DNA of 64,000 nucleotides from Cyanidioschyzon merolae. Lineage: Eukaryota. The notes below the pieces were generated by a model. It did no database searches and was not told where the DNA came from. It saw only the letters and a list, made by a program, of their open reading frames with translations. The translations under genes were made by a program, and so were the position numbers. The number at the start of each line of letters is the position of its first letter. Position 1 is the first letter of the stretch. The stretch lies in NCBI GenBank assembly GCA_000091205.1, contig AP006483.2. The stretch is one strand, 5' to 3'. Shown here piece after piece: positions 11,200 to 20,600 of the stretch.

Positions 11200-12200
11200 A
11201 ACGTAATTCTCTATGCCTTTAGGTGAGGAAGTTAACGAAGGTAGAAGCACTTGCACCAGAAGACGGCGTGTGCCCGGTGTCACCGTACTGAAACCTTCCC
11301 TTATTCGCCACAAATGCAGTCATAAAGTTTAACGATAGAAAGCTCTCCTTCGATGGGGTTCAACCAAGGAGTGCCCGGAGGAATGAGAACCAAATCTATC
11401 CCCCACAGAATCGGTAAAAGCTCGGGCGCAAGGAGAATGGTGAAAAGCCACGGTGTTCAACAGAAGGGCATCACCAAACGTCATGGGAAAGTCTTCAATG
11501 ATTCGACAAGGTGGTTGGTGCTATTGGATAAGCCTTCTCTACGAGCGAAACTGAGGCCACCAAATGAATCCCCTGCGGCTAGAAGAGATGATATCCTTGT
11601 TCTCCTCGGGTTTGATCATATGTAAAACAGGCGCGCTCTCCGCGAGTACCCATATACGTTGTGATTGTTCCGTCCGAATGACGTCTCATCGACTGAAAAA
11701 ACCAACCGAGGAACCTGTGCTTCATACTGATCGCTGAATTTCAGGAACGTTGCAGGTGCGACTTCGATGGAGAATGGCCGTGAATGAACTAGGCTTTTTT
11801 GTTCTACTTTATTCCAATTTTTTCAGGACCATATGATCAATCTTGTGAGAATTAGAGACGCCGATAGCACCTTCTATCGTCGCTTTTGCTTTCCCTAGAA
11901 GATGATCTACTGGTTATTCTCTACCATTGACCGCAAATACGCTTCAAGAATACCAGTTTTTGTAATGGGGCACATGGACCTTACTCTTTCAGTGCTCCTC
12001 AATTAGCTGAGTACTGTGGTATGAATGACATGAAGGAGGAATGCAGTCCTCCTTGCACTGTTCAGTAAAGGATACATACCCTAGAAGTAACTCGTCTACG
12101 ATCTATCGGGTAGATTGGATCGTGATGTCGATCTCCTGTTATAAACTGCGAAAAAACATTCGATGACTCGCAGCGGAGATGAAATAATGAGTTGAAAACC
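11200..12200. repeat. Old, inverted copy of repeat family R2. It is ~75-80% identical to the reverse complement of 43127 to ~44100. Similarity may continue more weakly to ~11050.
   Basis: By-eye alignment shows colinear blocks: CGAATGACGTCTCATCGACTG is shared exactly; ATGGCCGTGAATGAA and AGAGACGCC[A/G]AT are shared; CTGAGTACTG is shared; GAAGGAGGAATG.A..CCTCCTTGC and CAGTAAAG.ATA.ATA are shared. The terminus ATAATGAGTTGAA at ~12190 equals the reverse complement of the R2 5' end TTCAGCTCATAAT. The incidental track ORFs 11353..11625 (+) and 43603..43902 (-) share ITKRHGKV...LVLLDKPSLRAKLRPP versus ITRRQARV...LVLLWKPSLRAKMRPP. Confidence 0.7.
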
Positions 12201-12343
12201 TATAATCTGACATGGGTGTAGAGGCCCGCGTACCGGTCCATTGGCCTTGCATCCTCTGGCAAGAAAGTGTCGGCTGGCAGATCGCGCGTCTTTGCCGCTT
12301 CCGCTCCAGCAGAGCTGATCACGCGCTTCGCAATGCAGCACTG

Positions 12344-12641
12344 CTGATCGATTTCCCTAAAGACGCGTTCATGACTATTGCAACACCATACGTCTCATCG
12401 ATGTCGCTAGAGATGCATCATAACGAATGCGATGCGGTACCGCTGATCGATGTCGCGTAAGATAAATCATACCAATTGCAACATTATACTAATGGCCATT
12501 GTCTCTAGAGTCACTTCAAGCCTATTGCAACTCGATATTGCTGATCGATGCCATTCGCAGAGCACCCTGCGTGCTTCGAAGCGGCAGGCCTCTCTGGACC
12601 GGAAAGCGCGACCCGCTGTGCGAACAGCGCCCCGATCGATG
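12344..12641. promoter_or_regulatory. Cluster of five CTGATCGATG-like palindromic motifs 400-700 bp upstream of the ABC1K start codon. It is a candidate cis-regulatory array.
   Basis: ATCGAT-core motifs with conserved flanks sit at 12344-12352, 12396-12404, 12443-12452, 12531-12540 and 12633-12641. They are embedded in two to three ~140-nt imperfect tandem units (TATTGCAAC...ATCGATG...). This lies immediately after the R2-family copy ending at ~12200. Confidence 0.25.
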
Positions 12642-13042
12642 TTCCCACATATCCCTTACTTGTATACCCCTGGGCACCAAGCTTCAATGCCTCCGAGAAT
12701 CGCAAGACCCGGGCTGATCACACCTGGGAGCGTCTTCTATGACGCTGCGTTCGCTACCCGTTGCGAAGCTCGCGTTGTCGTGCGCTATAGCGCGATCGGA
12801 TCGACGTCTGGATCCCACGAGCAGCAGCGCAATGCAAATTCATGGTACATATCTGAATATAATGAGTCAATATATCCAACCATCGTATGCTGCACACCGC
12901 AGCCACGTGCATCTGCGCCAGTGGCTGCCAAAGGACGCAGGGAGCGCGTGCCTCCAGACTTGCCAATACGTGTGCTTCGTTCACTGTATGAGTGTGGCAT
13001 CTGCCGTCACACTTCGGGTGGCTTTTCAAGCCGAAGGGACCG

Positions 13043-16000
13043 ATGTGGTTTGCTCTTGCGCTATGGGCTCGCCGAATTGTCGTCTACTATGTCGCCCTCC
13101 GGGTTTATGTTGACGTTCGATGGACACGGAGGCGGGCTCGAGCTTTTGGCGAGGACGACGCGCGGTACGCTCTCCTCTGGTCGCGTTGCCATCGACGATG
13201 TGCTCGCCGTCTACTGCGCAGCATGTTGCGACTGCGAGGTCTTTGGCTTAAAGCTGGTCAATACGTCAGCACTCGTGCAGACGTCGTGCCTGTCGAGTAC
13301 GTGGAAGAGCTCATGCAACTACAGGACGCCGTGCCTGCAGAGGCGGGAGATCGCGTGCGGGCTCGACTTGAGCGCGAGCTCGCTAGGGCACCTTTCCAAC
13401 GTGGTCTTCTCGACGTGTTTGCGAATATAGACTTGGAGGAGCCGTTGGGATGTGCGAGCATTGCCCAGGTGCACCGTGCTCGGCTGCGCGGTTCGAACGC
13501 CCAGGTGGTCGTCAAACTTCGACACCGCGGCGTGAAGCGCGTTGTCGAACAGGATCTAGAAAACCTGCGCATCATTTTCGATTGGATTGCATACTACGAA
13601 CCAGACTTTGATTGGCGAGAGCTCGTTCGAGAGTGGTCATCACGCGTACGCGAAGAGCTCGACTTTCGTCTGGAGGCCACGAACCTGCAGCGCACTCGGA
13701 ACTCGCTCGCCCAAGCCGGCATGCTCTACACTGAGGTGCTTATGCCCCAGGTCTTCCCAGACCTGGTCAGTGAACGACTGCTCGTGATGGAGTACATGGA
13801 AGGCGTGCGCATCACGGCGTTCGGACCAGACGGCATTGCCCGGAACGCTGACGGCAGCGTTCGCCTCCGGTTAGAGCCTGCAAGCCTGGAGCTGGTAATG
13901 CAGCGCATTAGCCGTGCTTTTGCACACCAGATGCTTGTGGACGGCGTTTTCAACGGAGATCCTCACGGTGGGAATATTCTGGTCTGTGCATACCAACCGG
14001 GGGTATATCTCCCCGTCCTGCTCGACTTCGGACTCGTCATCCGAATGGAGGAGCGCATGCGCCAAGGCCTCGCGCGGATGATGCTAGCCGCCTCCGACGG
14101 GGACACGTTCCTGCTCATACGGTCGTTTGCGGAGATGGGTATTCGTTTCCCTGGCATCGAAAGTTCGAAAGATGTACCCAAAGGGTCAACGCAACACGAT
14201 TCTACGGCGGTAACGTTGGACGGCGATCCCGGTCGGAGCATGGAGGTTGTGCAGTTTCTTTTTCGAAGCACAGCGCCCATTGAAGAGGCCAAGCGCGAGC
14301 AGGAAGCGTTTTACAGAAAGCGCTCTCAGCCACGCGATGCGTCCCTGCCGGGTCGGAACGATCCCGAGGCTGCCCCCAAAAAAGCGGTTGCATCAAAACC
14401 AAAAGATTTTCCCAGCACTACCATCCCCGGATCGATTATGTTCATGATGCGCGTCGTGGGACTCTTACGGGGTCTAGCTTCCACGCTAGGCGTGCGGCAC
14501 GCCTTTCTTCCAGTCTTTCGGGAATATGCGCTGCGGTCGCTGCCTCCAGCGCCGGATACGTGGATTTCTCGGTCACCAGCACGGTCCCTGTCGGACAAGG
14601 TGCTCGCATTGTGTCATTCGCTCAAGGATCGCGTCGTGGGCATACAAGTGGCGGTCTATCATAAACACCGCTTACTCGTGGACGTCGCCTACGGCCGAGT
14701 CGACCCATACTCCTGGAACCGGGACGGTAGCAATATCGTAACACCAAAAACGCTATTTTCTTCGTTTTCAACCACCAAGGGAATCACCGCAATGCTGGTT
14801 GCGCGTGCGCTGCACCGAGTTCAAACTGCAGCAGCGTCAACATCAACAGCAAGAGCAGAGTCTTACGACGAAGGCTCGCTTGCGCGCTGGCGGCAGGGTT
14901 ATCACACACCGGTGCATACGATCTGGCCAGAGTTTGGCACGAGTACCTGGAAACGCGCCTGTACCATCGGGCACATCATGAGTCATCGGTCGGGGCTGCA
15001 ACACGCGTTACCTGCCTCTTTCAGTATGTGCAACGCCTTGAACTGGGACCTAATGGTCTCTGAGATCGCCCAGGTAGAACCTGTTTTCGAGCCCGGCACT
15101 CGGGTTGCCTACCAGTATCTCTCGTTCAGCTGGCTTGCTGGCGGTATCCTCGAGCGTTGTCCGACCTTGGATGCGCAGCGTCCGTACGCTCGGGTAGCGG
15201 AGCATTTGGCGCAACTGAAAGAGGCTTTTGGAATCGAACCCGATGAAGCATATATCGGACTTGAGATACAGCAGGTCGGTGGCAGCGACGACGGTACATT
15301 CGATAAGCACGGCGCTGTAGTTTGTGATACTCAGGGCATACCGAATGGCATCAAGGAGCACATGTCGGGGAATCCGCCGGTATCACGCGACCGCCTCGCA
15401 GTCTTGAACAAGTTTGGTGCCGGTCTCACCAGTGACGCGCTCCTTGGTGGTGATGGTGCTGCGACTGCGCAGGCGGAAGCCGCGGCACCAGCGGGTGAGC
15501 GCGCTTTTCCCGCTCCTGTGGATGCTGTTGCAACTTCTACGGATCCAGCCGGTTTGGAAACGGGCGAGCGACCCGCCTCGAGCACAGTCGAACGAGCCCA
15601 TCAATCTACCTTGTCCGTGGTGAGCGCAGCGAGTTCGGATCTGCTCAATAGCGGTCTGGATGCCATTGGGACGCTCATGGAAGCCAACGATAATCCCCTG
15701 GAAAAACAACAACTTAGCCAGTTGCGAGAGCGAATCCAGCGAGAGAAGTTGTTCTGGGTACTCGATCCCTGCTTCTTCAATCATTTGTTGGTACGCAAAG
15801 CTTGTCTTCCTGCAGCGAATGGTCACTTCACAGCTCGGGCTTTAGCGCGCTTCTACGATAAGGCAATGCAACAGCCGTGGTGGCGAATGGCAACCGAGGC
15901 CGTTCCCGACAGTGACTGGACTCTGGGCGGATTGCTTCGCTTTGCGGACGGTCTTATTATAGGCCATGGTGGTATTGGGGGCTCCTTTGCGCTGGCGATC

Positions 16001-16150
16001 CCAAAGGCCCAGCTCACCATTGCTATCACTGTCAACCGTCTGGAGCTCAGTCGGAATGGTCCATCTGTGGCCGAACATGTTCTGGAGTTGGTTGCTAAGG
16101 ATCTTCACATCAAGCGCTTTGCTCCAAAGAGACTTTTTCGGAGGCGCTGA
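13043..16150 (+). CDS. ABC1/ADCK/UbiB-family atypical kinase fused to a C-terminal beta-lactamase-like domain (At5g24810-type ABC1K).
   Basis: The ABC1 signature is present: GLWLKAGQYVSTRADVVP, VVVKLRHRGV, and ELDFRLEATNLQR (the ELDFRxE motif). The C-terminal domain carries the serine beta-lactamase SxxK motif (FSTTKGITAM). The N-terminus (MWFALALW..., a hydrophobic helix) resembles the plant orthologue. The track start at 12992 is GTG; the first ATG is at 13043. Confidence 0.85.
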   Translation: MWFALALWARRIVVYYVALRVYVDVRWTRRRARAFGEDDARYALLWSRCHRRCARRLLRSMLRLRGLWLKAGQYVSTRADVVPVEYVEELMQLQDAVPAEAGDRVRARLERELARAPFQRGLLDVFANIDLEEPLGCASIAQVHRARLRGSNAQVVVKLRHRGVKRVVEQDLENLRIIFDWIAYYEPDFDWRELVREWSSRVREELDFRLEATNLQRTRNSLAQAGMLYTEVLMPQVFPDLVSERLLVMEYMEGVRITAFGPDGIARNADGSVRLRLEPASLELVMQRISRAFAHQMLVDGVFNGDPHGGNILVCAYQPGVYLPVLLDFGLVIRMEERMRQGLARMMLAASDGDTFLLIRSFAEMGIRFPGIESSKDVPKGSTQHDSTAVTLDGDPGRSMEVVQFLFRSTAPIEEAKREQEAFYRKRSQPRDASLPGRNDPEAAPKKAVASKPKDFPSTTIPGSIMFMMRVVGLLRGLASTLGVRHAFLPVFREYALRSLPPAPDTWISRSPARSLSDKVLALCHSLKDRVVGIQVAVYHKHRLLVDVAYGRVDPYSWNRDGSNIVTPKTLFSSFSTTKGITAMLVARALHRVQTAAASTSTARAESYDEGSLARWRQGYHTPVHTIWPEFGTSTWKRACTIGHIMSHRSGLQHALPASFSMCNALNWDLMVSEIAQVEPVFEPGTRVAYQYLSFSWLAGGILERCPTLDAQRPYARVAEHLAQLKEAFGIEPDEAYIGLEIQQVGGSDDGTFDKHGAVVCDTQGIPNGIKEHMSGNPPVSRDRLAVLNKFGAGLTSDALLGGDGAATAQAEAAAPAGERAFPAPVDAVATSTDPAGLETGERPASSTVERAHQSTLSVVSAASSDLLNSGLDAIGTLMEANDNPLEKQQLSQLRERIQREKLFWVLDPCFFNHLLVRKACLPAANGHFTARALARFYDKAMQQPWWRMATEAVPDSDWTLGGLLRFADGLIIGHGGIGGSFALAIPKAQLTIAITVNRLELSRNGPSVAEHVLELVAKDLHIKRFAPKRLFRRR

Positions 16151-17697
16151 ACAAGTCATCAATTCGTTGCTCTTGTTTCATGACGCCAGAAGAACACACA
16201 GAGCCGCTACTAGGGTGATGGACGCGTTGAATCAGTCATCACTTGGCTGTGCTTGTTCCGAGGCACCTGAGAAACACACAGAGACACTAGAAGTGTACCT
16301 GGCGCCTTGTTGTTGACCGCCGCGTGTACCAGCCGCACTGCAACTAAGACGCGCGATGCATTCCATTCCGTGGTAGTCGTCGTATCCGGCCAATGTATAT
16401 AAGCTTCGAATGAACCCAGAGAGCGCCAATGACCTCCCCAGTGCAACTGGTTTCGGACTCGGGATACAAACTCGTGTCCAGGCGCTGCGCGTTTAGTTTA
16501 CAGCGGTTGGCATCGAGAGAAGACGCCGATAAGCGCTGCTTTGCCAGCGGAACATGTACGTATTCGCCGACTCCCCTAAGAAAGTTCATTAGGTTTCGGA
16601 CCTCGCTTGCTTTAAAGTCCAAATTGATTCATGCGGAAACCACCGATGCTGACAATCGGAAAGCAGCGTTCAGTATCGATAAGCACCGCTCCAGAGTGTG
16701 CACTTGTGTACGGTTACTGCTGGTGCTCAAGTGCGTTTCATCGCTTACCGAGCTCGTTCGTAGTTCAACGTAAGCGGCATCGTACGTATCCGAAAACAGG
16801 CATCATGCCTCGTTTCGAATACGTTCGGTGGTTGGTAAGGCTCTGATGCAATCACTACAGCTGCTGTGTTCTATTGCGGTTATGCTTCGTTGGGTGCCAA
16901 AGCATACTTCGCGAGTGGAACTGCGCACCTGGGCTACCCCAGCAACGAGTACAGCAGCGTGTCAAGCGTCGTGTTTCCGGCCTGCATGCCACATGAATGA
17001 AAACAACGTTACCTCAAGCAACCAGATAGCTTGCTTCCCAAGCGGGGTCGCCACTAGCACCTTCGGGACAAGCGAATGGCAGCGCTGGGGTCACCGCACG
17101 CATACGAGCCCAGCAGCAACGAAATCTTGCGTCAGTGTGGACGAGTGAGCGCCACGCAGCACTGGACTTGGAACCTAAGCAAGTGCATCCGTTGCCCCTC
17201 TGTTCGTCCGTCGTCGAGCACACTTCTGCGCCGACACAGTGCACTGCGCATAGGGCGTCAGCGCTTTTTCGGAAACGTTTGCAGCAGTGAAGCTCTTCTA
17301 GGATCACTAAGCACGTCTCTAATTGGCTTCGGAACGCTTCAGGTCTCGAGCACAGTTCCGCATAAACGCGGTGCACAGCTCACAGGGAGACAACGCCTTA
17401 TTGCAGTTATTGTTAGTGGTAAAATACCTTCCCGTGCTCGTTTACGCATACAAGTCGATCAGTCCAGGGAAGCTATCGTCAATGAGCGCTGCTTTGCAGG
17501 AGCGCTTCCCGTCCAAGGCCCGCGGTCATGAACAAGCAGGACAGCGTACGGGCGTTACAGCGACAAAACTACGGTACGCTGCGTTTGTAGTCGAGAACTC
17601 GAGCGTGTTTTCGCATGCCTACGCCCTTCAGAGACGCTACACTGTTGAAACTGGTGGACGCGGGCCTGCTTAGACTAGAAGGTCATATTCATGCAAG

Positions 17698-20600
17698 ATG
17701 AATGCGGACCAAGTTGCTGCACTCGCTCGTGCTGTCGCGGAAACAACCTGGCAAGGTACGCTTCAGTATATAGTTGCCAGTACCGCGTTGAGGCAAGAGC
17801 CTCTGAGCAAACCGCAACTTCAGTGGACATCAAGTTTGCGGAGGGCGCTGCATTTGGCCAAAACAGCAAATTATGGTGCCCCGACCAGCAACCAGGAGTC
17901 TGCAGTGCTGAAAGCACCTGCTGAGGCTGCGACTGTGGTACAAAGCGACGCAGCAGTCGCCGGTCAAACTACAGTCCTTGCAGCGTTTACAGGGGCCGCA
18001 TGGTACCTCCAAGGTGCACCCGCACCCAAAATAAGTCTAGAGTGGAATGATGAGGTCTCCGCGGACGACCTATTGGACCCGTGGGGGCTCGTGCTTCCCA
18101 TGTGCTGCTGGACGTTACCGGAGCAGTCAACGTCAATAGCAGCGACAGCGCTCGCGTTCGAAACTAACACGCACCCAGGGATATCTTCACAGAGTATCGA
18201 GCCAGCATGGAATACTGCCGATACACTGGATATGTTTCCAGCAGTCTGGGATCCGCAGTACTACGTGCGTGGTCGCGGTGACGGCATCAGGCGTTTCGCG
18301 AGACCAAAGCAACTGCAACCTCCAGAGCAAATGCGGCCGGTTGTGTCTTTATCCGGGCAAGTAGATGACCAGCTGCCGAGCAGGCCGGACGCTTCAGACG
18401 AACGCAACGATTCGGACTGGTGGAACGTATGTGTAGAGCGTATCCAGAAGTGGAATCCGCCTCTCTGGATGCCAGCAACACAGCCACCTAGCCAGCTCAA
18501 TTGGGTACCTCGGAGACAGACCAAGCAGAACCTTCTTGATCGAATACATCTTGATGAAGCATACCTGCAGTCTTTGGAGCAGCGACGAGCACGCGAGTCG
18601 ATCAGTAACCCCAATGGAGGAAGTGCCCTTGCCTACATCGCCGGCGATGCGGATGAACTCGGTGGACTCGCCTTCACAGGTCGAGTCATGGAGAGAAGCC
18701 GGCAACCCGGATTTTCCTGGGCACAAGCCTTCGAACCTGAGCAAGGCGATGAGATCCTTTTCGGTATTCGACTCGAGCAACTAGAGGAAGAACCTGAGGA
18801 ATCGACGGCTGCTAGAACGCCTCGGATTGCTACGGCAAGGACGCTGGAAACTGCAACTGATCCACCGCGTGCGGTTCCTTCTCTGCCCGCGCTTGATCGA
18901 CTGGATGCACGTCTGGCCTCAGTCGAGCGCTCACTGGAAGAGCTTCTCCGACCCGAACAACAGCAAAGCGACCTCGGCATTGGTGCATCAACTAATATGC
19001 CAAATGTATCAGCAGTAGCAGCAGCAGGAGGAGGAGGAAAGCCAGCCCGGCGCTCTGTCTATGCGCTGGTCGACGAGTCGGATCCAGTGGACTTTGCGCA
19101 ACGCGTCCCAAAGCCAGCACTCGAGTTTCCCTTTGAACTAGATCGCTTCCAGAAGCAGGCCATTCTGCACATTGAGCGCGGAGAGAGCGTCTTTGTCGCA
19201 GCTCACACCTCTGCAGGGAAGACAGTGGTTGCTGAATACGCGATTGCGCTGGCTCGCGCTCATGCAACCAAGGCAATTTACACGAGTCCCATCAAGACGC
19301 TCAGCAATCAAAAGTTTCGGGATTTTAGTGATCGTTTTGGTTCGGAGTCAATTGGTTTGATCACGGGCGATGTCTGCATCCAGCCAACGGCTCCCTGTCT
19401 AATCATGACAACAGAGATTCTGCGCTCGATGCTCTACCGGGGTGCCGACCTCATTCGGGACGTCGAGTGGGTCATCTTCGATGAAGTCCACTACGTGAAC
19501 GATGAAGAGCGTGGTGTCGTCTGGGAGGAGGTCATCATTCTGCTGCCGGAACACGTCAACATCATCATGCTTTCGGCAACGGTGCCGAACGCGCAAGAAT
19601 TTGCCGACTGGGTTGGACGCTGCAAACAGAGACCTGTGTATGTCATCACGACGAGCCACCGACCAGTGCCGCTTCAGCATTATATCTACGCGAAGAACGA
19701 TCTCATTCTCGTGAAAAATGCACGAGGGGATTTTCTCTCACAGGGCTACAAGGCCGCTCAGGATGTGGAGCGGGAACTCGTCGCCAAGCGCGGAGCGAAA
19801 GCGCACCTGGCACCTGCTGGGATACTAGGACGCCCAGCCTGGGGTACATTGGTGCAGTTCCTGCGCAAACGAGAGCTTCTACCGGCAGTAGTTTTCTGTT
19901 TCTCTCGCAAGAGATGTGAAGAGGCAGCGGACAGCCTTGGTACATTGAATCTACACCAGCAGAACCCGGGCGAAGCGCATCGGATCCACGTTGTGGTCGA
20001 GTCGGCACTCTCGCGCTTGCAAGCGGCGGATCGGCGTGTTCCACAGATTCAAAGAGTTCGTGACCTCCTGCACCGAGGCATCGGCATCCACCATGCCGGA
20101 CTGCTGCCCATCGTGAAAGAGATGACGGAAATTTTATTTCAACGGGGCCTCGTGCGGGTCCTCTTCGCCACCGAGACGTTCGCCATGGGTGTGAATATGC
20201 CCGCACGCACCGTCGTCTTCAGCGGCATTCGCAAACACGATGGAAGGCAGTATCGACTGCTGAGTCCTGGTGAATATACCCAGATGAGCGGGCGAGCCGG
20301 TCGCCGGGGCCTCGACGCCTATGGCATCGTGATCCTCTTCTTCTCCGTAGGCGAACTCCCGACTGAGCTAGACCTGAAACGCACTATGACAGGAGTGCCA
20401 CCCCGGCTTTCAAGCCAGTTCCGCCTCTCCTACAACATGATACTGAACTTGATTCGAACGGAGCGCGTGCAGGTCGAAGAGGTGATCCGCAGGAGCTTCA
20501 CTGAAGCGGAGTCGTTTGGCGCGGAACGCCGCATCCAGCGCCTGCTGGTGCACGGACGCGCGAACCTCGCACGCATAGATTCGGAACTAGCGACATTTGG

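Noticed and set aside
12450-13430. A 326-codon ORF overlapping the ABC1K 5' region in another frame.
   Set aside because: The translation is not protein-like. It overlaps the genuine ABC1K N-terminus, whose frame shows clear orthology from MWFALALW onward. It is a typical GC-rich shadow ORF.
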